From the NCBI RefSeq assembly GCF_036321535.1, contig NC_087438.1, forward strand, positions 124,001 through 188,000: DNA of 64,000 nucleotides. Reading direction: 5' to 3'. Of the stretch, positions 41,820-59,008 are shown one piece after another. Position numbers and translations under genes: made by a program. A model generated the notes under the pieces. The model did not search any database, had not been told where the DNA came from, and saw only the letters and a list, made by a program, of their open reading frames with translations. Within the stretch, counting starts at the first letter, position 1; each line of letters begins with the position of its first letter. This DNA is from Camelus dromedarius. Lineage: Eukaryota.

Positions 41820-41970
41820 AGTCCGGGTGCACTTGACTGTATCAGCATCACCTTGTTAGAAAATTCCCATCCCCACTCCACTCCAGAGCTGATTCTGTAG
41901 GTCCTGGGGTTGGGCCTGAGAATCTGCATTTCTAACATGTCCAGGGACCACACTTTGAAAACTACTTGCA
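41820..41970. mobile_element. MER5A-like hAT-Charlie fossil
   Basis: cagcatcacc..ttgttagaaa...gggcctgagaatctgcatttctaaca...gaccacactttga. Confidence 0.7.
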
Positions 41971-42611
41971 TGGAGTGATGTGGTCCGACAAAACGAATGA
42001 AGTAATTTCCAGGAGAATATAACAGGCAGAAGGACTGCTGACCACCTCAGACCGCTTCATCCCAGCCAGGAGATATAATGAAGTTTATACCAAAGTGCTT
42101 TGTAAACAAGGTGGAAGTGTTACTGCGGGCATTCGAGCAACATTTAAGTGTTAGGACAAGAAATTTAAAGCCAGCACAGGTACCCCTGAGGCATGACAGG
42201 ATGGTAACAGGAGGGCTGATTCGGTTGCAAAGAAATAACTGATGGGGTGGTTTCCTTATCTCATCTGCTACTTCTGAACCAAAAACAAACTTTCAAACTA
42301 TTTTCATGAATATTCTGGGACCAAGAAAACCACTGGGAAATGGGTTGTCTGGAAATGTAAGTTTCTACGGGCTCCACGAGGTAAGGAACCACGGGACAGA
42401 ACATTTCGTACTAGAAATGTTTGTAAAATGTGTGTTCAGGGTTTTAGAGGAACCCATGTGTTTTGGGGGAATTGATGCACCAGGGAAGTAAAAAAGGGAA
42501 AAAAAGGTGTTCCAGCTAAAAAGAAAATTTCATTCTGCCCGGAGAGATGTGGGTAATTTCTAGTGTGGGTCAAAAGAATCAAAAAGGTAAGCTACATAGT
42601 AAAATACTCAG

Positions 42612-42800
42612 ACCTGCACTGTTCATAGCAACAGCCACTTGGCTATTTATATTTAAGTTCACTAAAATTATGTAAAATTCCATTCTCCTGTCACCTGGAT
42701 CCATTTCAAGTGCTTGGTAGCCATGTGTGGCTGGTGGCCATCACACTGGATGGCAGATACAGCAATTCCATCATTGCAGTAAGTTTCAGGGGCCAATGCT
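42612..42800. mobile_element. MER3/MER33-like hAT-Charlie fossil
   Basis: catttcaagtgcttggtagccatgtgtggctggtggcc...ttccatcattgcag. Confidence 0.65.
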
Positions 42801-44879
42801 AGTGAAGACTTTGGTCATACCTTCTTTTACCTAGCATCGTGTGTTCCATAAATTGACCACTGCTCAGTAAGAAGCCAGAGTTAAATACAAACTGGAAAGT
42901 CATTCACTTTCGTATTGAATTCTGACAAGAATATTTGCTGAAAAGGAAGGAGAGAGCAGGACACAGGCTGTGCCCTGCATTCCGTGCCAAAGGCTGTCAG
43001 CAGGGAAGTGACTGGAAAAGGAAAGGTCTCCAGCGTGCAGTTGCCATAGTGGTCCTGCTGAGAAGATAAACACAAGTAATGAACCCGAGTGTCTTGTGAG
43101 AAAAGCTGTTGAGGTAGATGATACAAGATGTGTCTGTTGAGTGTGTGCGTTGACACACGTGTACGTAGGACAGAATGAGGGCATATAACCTACTTGGTCA
43201 TCCATTTATTTCATGTGTTTATTGAGAGCTTACTATATGCTGAAGACCGATGAACAAGATAGTGGACTGAAAACTGTTAGGAATACTAGCACCTTATGTT
43301 TAGAGCCAATGTTTAGAAAAATTCTAAGGATGATAAAAGAGGCATTTTTTCCAATTAGCTCGGAGAAATTAGACCAAAGGAATGACTGGCCCAATATTAG
43401 GGAAGAAAGCCATGTCTTCCTGTTCACTTCTCTTCACCCAGAGACATCATCTAAACAGAAGGCTTAGAACAGATCTGGTTAGGAGGGAATTGAATCCCAA
43501 GATAGGCGAGGAGATAGTGGCAAGCACATCAATACTTTACTGACTGGTCTGCAGAGCCAGGGGCGGGAGATTGTCTGCCTCTTTCTGTTGGCAGAAGGTG
43601 GGTACTGCTCCTGCTGTACATCTTGGCAAGGTGGTGTTGGCGCTCCAGGTGACACCCCCCCCCCAAATGGATGGCAGCAGTCTGTGGCCAGGACTGTGGG
43701 TTAAGTACTGCACTAGGGCATAGCACAGGTGCCACGACCCATGTGCGTGCCTCGATTAGCCTCACAGAGCTTCAGCTCTTGGCCATCAGGGCTGAGGTGA
43801 AGGGAGGGACTAGGGCTGCCTAGTTGGCGAACGCGCCAGGCCAGTCTCTGATGAATCCTAGGCTCATTTGTACATATATATGGGTATGCATTGAGGGGTA
43901 TGATTTTTTTCGTTTAAATCTTCATTTCCTAAATTAATCTCCCTTTTAAGAATAAGCCTTGCCACCGCTGAGGTGGCACAGAAAAGGCACAGACAGACCT
44001 GGACTAGAATCTCTTCTGCCTCCGACCTTAGGCCAGCACATTTTTCTTGCCAGTAAAATGGGGGCCTTGATACCTTGCCACAAGGTGCTGGGATGAGGAT
44101 GACAGGAATATTTAAACATGAAGGTAGATTCAGTAAAAGTGCTTCTTTTGCATGAAGTATTTCCCATCTCTAGACCTACACAGAAAGTGGAATGGAGCAC
44201 TTCTGGGCCCCACAGACGGTGCTGGCTGTGGCAATCTAGGCTGGAATCTTGGCTGAGGATTGGTGGAGCCCATGACACCGTCTGGAGAGGGAGGCCGAGG
44301 CCAAGGCCAGCTGAAGTCGCTGAGAAGTTTCTTGCTGAAGTTACACAGTACTGGAGAACTTACAAATTCGATCACAAAATCGTACGTATTTATTTTGTGG
44401 AGTCCTAGAGAACAAAAAAGGAGCCAGAGATGGGAGATATAAAAAAATAGATTTCAGAAACTACAAAGAGCTGTGGAAAATTGTAGCTAGGGTTAGTCAA
44501 CAAGTGATGTGAATGTTTTATGAGGATAAAACTAGAAACCACTTGAATTCATTAAGTGATTTAAAAAGCCACATTGTTGAAGAGGCTTGTAGAGTAAATG
44601 ATCTGTGTGAATGTCGAAGTTAGAGTATCTTAATCTCTTTGAAGAGTTAAAAAAAACTCTCCAGCATATGGTCTGGTGGGTAAAAGAGAGAAAAGGGACG
44701 GAAAACAATACAGCTGGAGAATGACAAGGGGTCAGACACGGAGCCAGAGCCCTGAATAATGGAGTCATGTCCAGGAAAAGTCTCGAGCGCCTCCTCGGTG
44801 CTCGACTCCTCAAGCTGTAAGCAGCGGAGGAGGATGAAACACGTCAGCGTGATCTGGAGCAAGAACTCAAACCCCTGAG

Positions 44880-46139
<1,260 letters not shown>

Positions 46140-46395
46140 TGATGCGGGTGGAATTCAGACAGGCCGTGGGAGAAAGGTTTGACAAAATGGAGAAGGAGCT
46201 CGGACTTTGGCAGGGAGATGGCCTAAGACAGTGAAGGAGGCCGGCTTCCGTGTTCCCCGGTGGGCCAACGTGGGAGTGAGCGGCCAGGGAAGGGACAGCC
46301 AGAAAGAGTGCGGGGTGGGTGGAAGAGTTAAACCTTGGTGCTTGCTCTGCTTTGCGTTTCCTGCGAGTTCAGTCTCCAGCTTAACTGCTCTTTAA

Positions 46396-46506
<111 letters not shown>

Positions 46507-49029
46507 TGACCACCCATAGTAAATAACTTCTTTCTCTAATTTATTTTCCAAGTCATTATGACTTAATTATTATTGCTGGCCTGTGGTGGAGGTGCTCCTG
46601 GTTGTCCCTGCTGCTCTGAGTGGGTCCTTGCCGAGCTAGTGGGGCAGCGGCGTGGACGAGCACAGGGAAAGCTTGAGAGGCGGCTGGGGTGTGGGTGTCA
46701 GGGAGCAGCAGGGAGCCTAGCTCTGTGCAGCAGACGTTCTTCACCTGTATGAAGACCATCGACGTTCTCAGGTAATTGCAACTTGGGCCTCCTCTGGAGA
46801 GGAGCATCAAGGTCTCAGAGGCACTGATTGAGAAACGGCTGGGGATACTGGAGGCGCTGGCGGCCAGAGTCCAGGGAGGTGGGCTTGTCAGAGGGGAGAT
46901 GCTCGTCATTCCCTTGAGGGTGCTGGGGGCTCGCCGTGGAGTTACCTTGGTGCCGGTTTCACTGTGATTAATCTATGGAGGTGCTCACTTCATTAACTAC
47001 CTGGCTGCGTTACCCTTTTTCAGTCCCTCACACACCACCATCTTTTCTGACTTGTGTCTGTGGTGCCTTTGCAGAGGTGTGCTATCCAAGCTGGAAGAGG
47101 GATTGATCTAAGAAGTAACGAAGTTGTTGAAAGGCTCATCTTTACTAAAGGGGAGCAAGCTGGTGGTGCAGGAGGCAGAGGCTGCCTCCCAGCCTGGGGT
47201 GTGGGTTAGAGGGGAAGCGTGCCCCCACTGTCACACACACCATGGATACTCTGTTGTTACTGCTGGTGGATTTGTATTTACAGGTTGCTACAGGGTCATG
47301 TGTTCACTAGAGGGTGTCAGTACTGCCCCGAGTTCAGCTGGTTGTTAAAACATACGGCTCTTCAGTCTTCACAAGCACATAGTCTTGAACCAGGAGCCTG
47401 CTGGAGAGAGATAATTTTAACAGAAGTGCCCACGGGATGTTTAGTCCACCATTCCTAAGATCTTTGAAATCAGTACCTGATTGAACCCAACCAATAAGCG
47501 TGAATCGGGACCATCTCACAGTGGCCCTTGTGAGTCACTTTTCTTGATTTGCCCTGTGGGATTCCCTCAGCGTCTGTTGAGGACAGGTGAGCACTTGCCC
47601 CCTGAAGCCGATAATCGCTTAGCCCCGAGGGTGGCTAACGTTTGGCCGCCACGCCTTCTGTGGGGCGGCCCCCTAGGGAAATGACGGTCTCACTCCTCCC
47701 TGGGGTTATGGTGCTGCTTGTGTGGAAGCAACGTTGGTAGCTGTTCTGTATTACTTCATTTGTATCTTACAAATCCTAAATCTTTTAACCAGTTGCATTT
47801 TCTTCACATTAACTGCTAAAATTTTAAAGTTAAATTTCTTACTTGTCGGTAGCGAGAATTTAAATTTTTAAGAGGTGAGTTTTACTGATAGTCTTAGACC
47901 TCTTTCTTTCTTATCCTTTTCTCCTCCAGTCCCACATAACTAGGATTTATTTTGCTCTGTGGTAAATATCTTCATAAATTCTGTTAGGTCCTTTCTGCGG
48001 TGAGGTGGGTTATTAATGAATACGGATCTCTGGTTCTGTCACAGCCTCATAGCACTTGGCCCAGCTGCCTGTCCTGCTCTGCAGGTGAGAGCCAGGACTG
48101 GAATCCAGCTGTGTGCCTCACAGTTAGGTGCTTACCTGAACCCTGTTCTGTCTCAGCTGCCTCTTCACGTTGGCACCCACTCAGTGCGCAGCTGCAGGGA
48201 GCTCTGCTCCTTCCGCCCAGAACACTGGCCTTTCCTGGGGGCGGTGCATGGGTCCTGCCTCCCAACCCTGCAGCACCTTCCTTCTCCTCGTTCCGCTGAA
48301 GTCGTTTTTGTAGCCACCTCTGGCTACTGGACGCCGGCTTCCTGGAGGGAGGTGAGGCTCTTGTTCATGGTGGTGTCGTTTGTCCTGGCTTCAGTCACCA
48401 GAAGGATGCGAGTCAGTTCTCTTCCATCTCCTCTTTGAATTCCCACAGCTGGTGACTTTCGGTTTTTCCCGCAAGAATGGACTTCTGTTTTCATATTAGG
48501 ACTAGAAGATGAGGCTATTTCAGGACGTTAGTTTAATTAGTTTGTTACTGGTGAGAAAACTGACGCTACAGAATAGCATGGGTCCCTCCTCAGTTAGGTC
48601 TGTGCTCTGTGGCTGTTAGAACCCAAGCAGCCCTGCCCTGGAGAAACACTTGTGGGTCCTGGACACTGAGTCCTTTATGTGGCTTGCTTCCCTAGGAGAG
48701 CTTCTAAAGCAGCTGCTCTCAGGGAGGGTGCAGTTAAGAGGTATGAAGAAGGAGGACTGTGCTGTTCCTTTCTGTTTGAAATAACATGTCACAAACTATC
48801 TTCACTTAGGTCCTTTTTTAAAAAAAAAATTTATGCTTTCATATTGTTCCTTGGAACTATGGAAGTTAATTTTGCTTGAGCCCCTTTTTTGCATTTCTGT
48901 AGGTTTGGGTTAACGTAACATGTTGATATTGATGTATTTTGAGGAGGCATTTTTTAGCTGGACTTTAAACAATAAGTCATGTATTCTTTTTGAGGTTTTT
49001 TTTTCTTTATCAGAATAGACATCACCTTT

Positions 49030-49570
49030 TCTGGGGATCCCACATTGAGAAGAAGTGAGAGAAACCAGACCACACAAGCCAACAGTTCCATGCAGACTGT
49101 TTATCAGGTCCCCTCACTGCACCCCTCACAGGCCCAGCTTGGTGAGGCTGCAGAGGGCCTGATGTTTACCTTCCTGACCTTCCACCTGCCTGCTCAGAGC
49201 CCGCGTGTCCCCCAGGTGGGCCTGTGTGACAACAGGCTGCCCCAAGAACATTCGCCCCTTTGCCTGGATAGCTCACACTGACCATGAGACTGTGGCAACC
49301 CTGCTCCACCACCCCACTCTCCCCGGGCACCTGGAGCCTCCCTGGCTGACGACATGTGCGAGGTGTGGTCACAGCTCTTGATGGAAGGTGAGGGGTGCCC
49401 CCCTGCCACGCCCTGTGCCACACCTGGGAGGCAGCGCCTGGTCTCCCTGCTCCTTTTCCCTCTGCTGATTCAACTCTGTGCCTTTTGCCACAAACTGTAC
49501 CAGTGAGTTTTGTGAGTCTTAGCGATTCATCACGCCAGGGGTGGTCTCAGGGTCCCCTGACATGGCCTGT
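49030..49570 (+). mobile_element. LTR-like remnant (MER21/MER77-type 3' end) in PDCD6 intron 2
   Basis: tgagttttgtgagtcttagcgattcatcac..ggggtggtctcagggtcccctgaca resembles ERVL-class LTR ends; boundaries uncertain. Confidence 0.4.
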
Positions 49571-52500
49571 TGTGTCTTCTCTTCCCAGAAACTTGCACAG
49601 TGGAGTTTCAGGTGGAAGCAGAGGAAGGTGGGGTTGCTTTACTCCATGACCATGACCGTGGCAGGTCCCACTCTGGGATGGCTGGAGGGTTAGCCCTCCC
49701 CTCCAGCCAAGCCTGTGACCACCAGGTCCGCATTGCCTGGTGCAGAACCGGAGACGCTACTGTATCTGTCAACTGAGTGCACAGTTTTACTATTAGACTC
49801 TTAGATTGTTTCTGATCTTCAGGAATGTGCTGTCATAGAACAAGTTTCTAGAAGTGGTGTTTATCAGACCAAAGAGATAGGTGTTGCTAAGGCGGTCGGT
49901 AAGTGTTCACGCTGCCTCTAGAAAGGCCGTGTTTCCAGTCATGACTCTTTGAGGCCGTGGTTGAAGGTGCCTGCTGGGTATGGAACTCGGGAACCTGAGA
50001 GGCACCAGTGTCCTGGCAGATTCCACATGGGCCTGCAGGACTGTTCACACACCTTCCTATGTGAACTCTCTGGCAGAAACGCCCAGAGGGCTGGGAGTCC
50101 CAGGTCTGATGCAGTAAAGTGGAAGGAGATCACCAGTGATGCTGCGAAAAGTCTGATTCTCCCCCCCCAGAGATTCCAGGTGGTCAGGTATTTCCATGTG
50201 GGTGTGCTGGGTGCTGTGACGACTCAGCCCTTTGTCTCTTCCTGAAGTCTGAGTTAGTGGTCAGGAGGATACAGTTTCAAGAAGGAAAACCCACTGGAGA
50301 ATGGAAAGAAAGAATATATTCTCTCAGAGCAGGGTTTCCCCCGTTGAGGAGGGTCGGATGTAAAGTCCTCAGGTCACCTGTGTGCTGAGGGTTAAAGAGG
50401 AACATGCTGAGCATCCTGATGTGACTGCTTCCCCCCATGGAACTGTGGCCTATTCGTCCCCAAATTATGGGTGAAAATAGTTCTGTGTACTCCATTTACG
50501 TGGAAAATACTGTGTATGTGTCTGTTTTCCTTGGTTCTTGCAGGTGAAATTGAGGCAAGATTTACAGAAGTAACCATGTATTTCCAGGTGGAAGTCTGTC
50601 AGGAGATCTTTTGTGAGCTGTAGTTGTGACATTCCCAGGTGTGTTGGTTACTGGGAAAGGCGGGTGAGAATGTGTGACATTGGGGCTGGCCCAGAAAATC
50701 TGGGGCAAAGGTCATGGGTGGTGCAGGCTCGTGAAAGCAGTCTTCCTGCTGCCCATCCTGTGAGCCCATGGGCTCCAGCTTCTCTGCAGTGTGGTGCGTG
50801 TTCTCACAGACAACGGAAGATTTTCAGGCAGACACTCCAGTGTGTTTAACCCTTGGTATAACTGGACATTAAATGCCTGCCTCATTAGGGGCTGTTAAGC
50901 TTTGGTGTTCAGTCTGAGAACCAGGCAGCAGGACTTGGCACTCGATAAACAGTCAGCCAGCTGTTGGCTGTTGTTACTACCATGGTTTCTGTGCAGAGCT
51001 GGGCCCCGTTCGGGTGACAAGAAGGACCAGTGGGTGTACCAGGAGCCTGCCTCCACCTCCTGTAGTTTGCCAGCCTGCAGGTCACCTGCCAGACAGGCCA
51101 CCTCCCTCTGTCCTTGACTCAGCCCAAGACAACCTGTTGGTCTCCTGAGCCTGGGACCCCTGCTGTCCCCAGGGCCACTGGTGCCTCCAGACCACACCTC
51201 TCAGCAGGCACCATCTCTACACTCCAGGGGGGCTTGGTGCTTACATGAAAAGTACCTGTGTTTGTGGCATCCTTTAACTGTTTCACTTGTATTGCTTCTA
51301 TTTAAAACTCGTTTGGCCAAGTCGTTAGCTGATGCGGCCAGTGATGCCCCTGCTCACAGTTGGGAGGGACGGTGCGTGCAGCCTCTGCGTCCAGGGTCGC
51401 TGAAGTCGCTCCAGCTCTGCACAGGCAGCTCTGTTCTGTGAACATTCAGGATTCCTCTCCATGTGGCCCCAGCCTATATCAGAGGTGGAGGGAGATGGGA
51501 AAGAGTCTCGTGGCTGCATTTGGTTCCTCGGGCTTCTGCTCAGTGGTGGGTTATGTTCTGTGGAAACACCAGTCAGCGTGGGAGGAGCTGGAAAGTGAGA
51601 GGTGGGTGAAGAAGCCATTTTCTCCTTGCAGAATGCTCCTCTTCCTGCTGGGTTCTCTGCAGCACGGTTTTCTTTGTGCGCTGGCGTCAGTTATGCTGAC
51701 CTGTGATGCTGCTGTGCACGACCTCCTGCCTGCTCTCCCCCAGCGTCTGTGAAAACTGTGTGGAGATGCTGGCCCACTGCCCGGGTGCCCTTGAAGGGAG
51801 GGCAGCCCCACTTACTAATCAGGGGTCCGCAGGGGAGGGGGAGGGCGCTGGCGGGGCAGATGGAGTGACTTGGGGGCCAGTGTTCGGGGCGCTCAGGAAG
51901 GCTCCCCTGAGGAAGCCTGTTACAAACTGAGGCTTAAGGAGAGGCAGAGGTTGGGGTGAAGGTGTGCATGGGTTTGGGGGCCACGCTGGGCGTGGAGAGG
52001 AGTGTGTGTAGGGGCCGTGTCTGGTGGGCATGTCGGTGGTACCTTTAGTAGCAGCTGCGGCCAGGTAGGAAGGGGTGTTGCTTTGTGTGGGGTCCGGGGA
52101 TGGGTCTGTGTGTCACCGAGAGCTGAAACAATTTGTATAGAGAAGAAAAAAGGGGTGTTTTTGCACAAATAGGTGATGGGGTGAGGCACTGCTTTCCCTC
52201 CACATAAAAAATGTTTTTACATTCTTTTTCTCACTATTAAAATTGATAAAGGTGTAAGTCACTGTGAAAACAGGTTCCCGGGTATAAAGGTATCTGGTGA
52301 ACACTCCATCATCACAGCTGATAAATGGTTCTAAATTATCAAGTCTGTCAGATTCAACAGTTCCTTTGTAACAAATATCTGGCAACGTCCCCATTACTAT
52401 TCTGAAGGGAATCATGGAATAATCTATCCTAACCTTTCACAATTTCAGAGAAAATAGTATGATGCCCAGACTAAGTTTAGGAGAACTTGAAGCATGGTTT

Positions 52501-52965
52501 TATGGTGTGCTTTTCAGCGTGTTCTGGCAGGACTGCCCGCTCCATATGCAGAGCTGCTGTGAACGCAGTAGCTGCAGGGCGCAGGGTGGGGACTCTGGTT
52601 GTGGGAGCAGTAGTGCCCTGGGGGTGGGATTTTGTGAGACGGTAGTTGGCGACATTCCTAACAAAGCTAGGTGCCGCCTTCTGGGCTGCCTGGTGGCTGT
52701 ATCCTGGAGAGTTTAGTGACTGTTAAAATGGTCGTCTCTGGGTTATACAGGGAAAAGGTGCACTTCCCGGTGCAGGTCTTCAGGAACAGCCCTGAGCTTC
52801 TGGCTTGACCTGAGGGACTTGACTGTCTGGGTGGACAGGACCCTGGCTGACCTGTGGCCCAGGGTCTTCATGCTGAAAGCCCGTCACTTACCGTTTCTGG
52901 CTCCTGGGTGACTGACTGGGGGCCGGTTCCTTGTCCTCCTTTAACTGCTGCTGTTTGTTTCTCAG

Positions 52966-53010
52966 GCACGTGGACTCCATTTAACCCAGTGACTGTCCGG
53001 TCGATCATAT
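52966..53010 (+). CDS. PDCD6: PDCD6 exon 3
   Basis: GTWTPFNPVTVRSII, 45 nt. Confidence 0.95.
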
Positions 53011-53753
53011 GTGAGTACGGGTACCACTGTCCTGCCTGTGCCCCACCCTGCCCCCAGGACTCTGGCTGCAGGGGCGTGGCCCTTTCATCCCGCCTCCCCG
53101 GCCCTCGCTGACCTTTCCTTTCAGTTTCTTGACTCTAAAGATGTCACGTACTTCCGGGACCAGTGCGTTCCACACATGGTCCGTGTCTTGCGTGGCTCAT
53201 GTGACATTTCATTGACCTTTGATGTACCTCTGACCCAACCAGGAACACTCAGACTACCTAAAAAGAGGTCAAATGATTTATTATTTTCTCTGTAGCAGGG
53301 ATTGAGACTGAGTTTTTATATATACATCTTAAGCCATTTTGTATGCAATTATTTATAAATGGAGTTACAAGTTCTTTCCTAGTTGAACTTGGAATTAGGC
53401 TGTTTTGTTTTTTGGTTTTTTTTAAAGAAAGGCAGGTCTTACTAAAAAAAAGTATAAAGCCAATAGCCTTTTTCTCAGTGGAGTGGCCTCCCTTGACAGC
53501 GGACTCCTCTGAGCCCCAACTTGGGGCCAGGGGTCCTCTGGGGAAGGGAGGGGGCGGCTCCAGGAATCAGGCGGTGTTCCAGGCCTAGAACCGGGAGTGG
53601 GAAGGGCCGTGGGAGGGTCGGGACCAGCCCTTCAACCCTTCTGGCCAGGTCTCTTCCTTAAAGTGGCTGTGCTGCAGAGAACCTGCTCGGGTACCGTGTT
53701 TTCCTCGTGGCTCTGCCGGGTGTTCGGCCTGCACCTTGCTTCCCTGGGACTGA

Positions 53754-54005
<252 letters not shown>

Positions 54006-56470
54006 TAGCTGTTTCACTTTGGAACCTGGGGCCGTGAAGTGGGTCTCTTACTTTGTGCAACTTAATGATTTTTAACACAGTCTATGTGAAAATTTTGTTT
54101 GATTGCACAGATTTATATTTTGATATTGTTTATATCATGAAGGCTTATATTTGATTTAGTCTTTGATGCGGTTTTTCATCCAAAATGAGACAAGGGCTAT
54201 GCAGTAGTTTGTCTTTTGTGAAGTGGAGTGATGTCACAAGCACACTGAGAATGTGACTTCTGAAACAATTCAAAGTGAAGAGGTGACTGTGAAGCGGCGG
54301 GGGCAGCTTATGTCTCCTGACAAGTGGAAACCCACAGTAAGAGTGCAAAATGCCCCCCAGAGACGGGCCTGTGAGCTGCTCGGAGGCTCCCATTCTCAAG
54401 TGCGCGTCGGCACGTGTGCACGTGCCACATGCGAGGCAGGCCTGCCTGTGTGCCCTGCTTGACGTGAGCAGTGTCCACGTGGTGCCTTCCAGAGCGGGTC
54501 AGCGGGCCTCCCGGTCCCAGTGCCCTCATGGGCCTGAGGGGCAGTTGGGGTTTCTTATTTGTGGAGGAAGGACTGAAATGGTCAAGACTTGCAGTCATCA
54601 CCCCAGGATTCTGATTTGTTTGAGAGGATTTCTGTCAGCCGTCTGTTGGCTGGCCCTTCTATTAGATCACAGTGTAGTTTAGGTGTTTCAGATTTTAATA
54701 ACATACGGGAATTACATTTTAGTTCCTGTGTGTGCCCCCTCCCCTGCTTTCTCTGGGCGTGTACTTTGTGGCTGTCTTCTGTTTCTCTCCTTTCTCGTCT
54801 TCGAGGCCCTGGGCCCCAGGAAGTCTGTGTTGTGAGCTCACCAGGTGTGGGTCAGGATTTGGGCAGGACGTTGACCTCAGGTCCTGGAATTAGACCTGGG
54901 AGTGCAGCTGGCCTTGCTGCATTGTTGAGGGTTGGGTCGGCCGAGTTGGGGTCCCAGCAGATCCGCAGCAGCCTCTCCCCTTTCTTGAGCCATTGGCTGC
55001 ATGTAGACACGGGTGGTGCCCCAGTTCCTGACTGGCCTCCGCCTTTTCTCCCCGGCTTGGGTGATGGCGAAGCCATTGCGGCGCCTCGCTAGTTCTTAGG
55101 AATCTTTCCTAAGGGCTCACTCTGTCCACCAGGGACGTCTGTTCCCCGGGCTGGCAGGGTTTCCACCCGCCTCGCCCTGATCCTCACACTGCTGCTGAGG
55201 CGGGGCCCCGCCATCGGTGTTGAGGGGGCAGGCCTGGACCTAGAGCCTCAGTGTCCAGCAGAGCCTCGTCTGGTTCTGGACCTCAGCCTTCCCTGCTGTC
55301 ATGTCTCGTCTGTCCTTTCCTAGTCTGGACAGGAATCTGTCGCATGGCGATGGCTGGACAGGCACTGCCCCAGTCCTCCTGTCCACATGCTGGATGGACA
55401 CTGCCCTGTTCCTGTGCCCCAGCCTGGGCCACTGTCTTACTGCCCACAGGTGCAGGTGCTGGGTGTGAGGAGGGGTCCCGTCCAGCACCTGCTGTCTCTC
55501 TTTTCTAAGTCAGAGTCCTGTCTCCTACTCAGCTGCAGGGAAGGGGGGTCCTGGATTCAAGGCACAGGATGCATAGAGCACGCTGACCACTTTGGAAAGT
55601 ACAGTCAGGTGTTTGCATGTTTGACTCTTTTTCAGTAAAGTGATGAAGTGCTCACACAGGTAATTAACTGTGGCATTCACTCAGACAATAGGTGTACATA
55701 TCCTTGCAAAGATTCCAGCAAGACTGAAAACCAGTAGAAACATTTTGGCACCTGGATCTTGTCTCCTGGATAAGTGAGGATACGGCAGTCACACAGGTGG
55801 TGGGATTAGGAGGGAAGGGAGGGGGAGAGTGGTGTCCTCACTTAGAGTGGCCCTGGGCCTCCCGCGTTGCAGCCATCCCCTGCTGGAGGCCTTCTGAGAC
55901 ACTCTGTAAGTTGAATGTGGAGGTGGTGACTCTGCCTGACCTGGGTGACCCTCCAGGGGCTTTGATGTGTGTGAGGCGGCCTTGCTCCTTCCTCGTGCCT
56001 TCGATGTCCTGATGTCAGTGTGCTGATGGGTGGGGGTGTCCATCAGCTAAGCTCCTGTTTCCTTTAGTTGACATTGTGTTTAATTGGGAACCTTCGTGAG
56101 GGCTTATCTTGTGAGGCGTTCTCTAGTAATGAGTAACCCAGGGCAGCTAAGTTACTCAGAACTTCACATCTCGGTTAGTAACCTGGTAAAACTCATCAGT
56201 GAAGGCTTTTAAGAAGGTCAACTCTACTGCATCCCAGAAGACCCTGTAGGGTGACTTGTGGTTGGTGGTGTAGCCCTCAGAGCTGGAGTGAGCTTAGTGG
56301 GTTCACGTGGTCGCCCTCCAGCTCCCAGCACAGCCTTGGCCTCCGTTTACTCTCGTCCCTCCCAGAAGGGGCTGCTGGTCGCGGTGTGAGACAGATGTCA
56401 CTGCACAATGACCGTGTGGTTCTCAGTGGAGGAAGAGGCTGGGGTCTGTGGGCAAGGGTGTGGGTGTTGA

Positions 56471-56731
<261 letters not shown>

Positions 56732-58274
56732 TAAATGGAGACGTAGACAGGGGTGCCCTTTTTCCCCGGAGACGCCCGAGGGACGTCCATTTGAGGGGGC
56801 TCCAGTGGGCTGACTGCATGAGCACCGTGGCATTTATTATTTTACCCTGGGAATTGGGTCAGTTTCTGTCGTGATCCTCACGGTGTGCTGCCTTCGAGTG
56901 TGAGGCCAGCCCCGAAGCTGGGGGCACTGGAGGCTCTGTCTCAGTGTTGGGAACAGCGTCTGGTGGGGCTGGTGGTCTCAGTGGCTGCTGCTTCACACTT
57001 TCTGCAGTGCTTCCGTGGTTTCCTTCTGTGGCCTCACGACTTTACCAGACGGGAACTAGTGCAGGGCTGGAATAGGCACCCAGAGGCGCCTCCAGGATGG
57101 AGGGCAGGGTACTCACACCCTCCCTGGCTGTTTCCACACGGACCCTGCTCCTGTTTGTAGGTAGGATCCAAGTTCAGCCCCTGGGTAGCAGGATCTGAGT
57201 CCTGTGAGGAGCTCGCTCGGCACCTTTGCAGGCCTGTGGGCTGCTCTCAGACTGGCGCCTGGTCCTGCCACCCCTGGAGAAGGAGCCTACAAGCTGGACA
57301 GAGCTGGGGAACTGGAGAGGAAAAGCAAAGCCTCAGACCACACGCAAAAATTCTCAAAAGCGTTTTCCTTCATTTGCCTCTTTCCAAAAAGAAGGCTTTT
57401 TGAAAACTATTTTTTACACAGCAGTGTGAAAACTTTTAGAAATCTTGGGAAAATACAATGAAGTATAAAGAAAGGAAGGCCACCCTTGTTCTCCCAGCGG
57501 GAGTCCACTGCTGCCGGTGGCTCTGTGGTTTGTTTCACACCCATGTTTCTCACACTAACACCTGCGTGGACCACCACCTGTGTCGGCCCCGTTTATCAAC
57601 CTGCCCAGCACAGGAAGGGTGGGACCAGGGGCCTGGCGACACAGGGGTGCAGGTGGCACGGCTCCCAGGCCAGGCTCCAGCCTTGCCCTTGGCCCCTTGG
57701 CAGTCAGCTGGCCACCAAGGTCGCCATGAGCCTGAGGTGTTGTCTCCTCCTGTGTCGGGACTCTTCAGGGTCTGTTATGGTTGCCCCACATCTGCATTTC
57801 CGTGGCACTTACCTGACCGTCCCTGCTGGCAGGTGGCCAGGCTTGTGAACAGACTGAAGTGGAGCCCCTTGGGTGGAGGTGGGAGTCAGGCAGGAGGAGA
57901 TGGGGCAGGCGGGTTTTGAGCTGTAGGGGGTCGGACGGGGAGGTGGGGCAGGCAGGTCCTGAGCTGGCTCAGAAAGACCCACCCTTCTGGCTCTGGGCTT
58001 CCCCTGCTGGGGGGGAAGAGGGGGCAAGTTCTTAAGGAGGAGCCCCAGAGGGGACTGGTTCCCCTTTGTCCTGAGCAGCATGTGTCCAGAGCAGAGTTGA
58101 GTGGTCAGGGAAGCCCTCCAGGAGATGGTCTTAGAGTGGGAAGGGAAGGCCCAGGCTCGCCACTGGGGAAACGGCCAGGACCCAGGGCTGGGGTGTGTAG
58201 CTGATCTGGGCCTGCAGCCCACACGTGGCCTCTGACCCCTGTCATCCTACCCGACCCCCACATCTTCCTGGTAG

Positions 58275-58568
<294 letters not shown>

Positions 58569-59008
58569 CATGGGCCTTCTGCAAGTAACCAACATGGTTT
58601 ACGGATAAAAGAGACTGAAAATGCCAAATCTCTTAGTTTAACAAAACGAACACGGATGCAGTTAGATACTGTTCCTGTTTTAGGTTTTGTATAATGAATA
58701 TTTGGGGACCCAACTGTACATACGTGGATAAGCTGGTTAATGTTTCACAACTGTAACAATAGTCGTGTCAGATGTAGACATTTGATTTGAGACTTCACCT
58801 GTGCCATGAGGTGAGATGTAATGATGTTTCAGGTCTTCTGCATGCACAGAACTCATCATGTGCTTTTCTAGATAGCTCCCATTCTAGAGTGAAGATACCT
58901 TATTAACCAATAGGAATTTTAAATAATATGGAACTTGCACAGAAGGCTGGTCACGTGCCTTACTTTTTAAAGAGGTTTACTGTATTCACTTGCATTTGCA
59001 GCACAAGC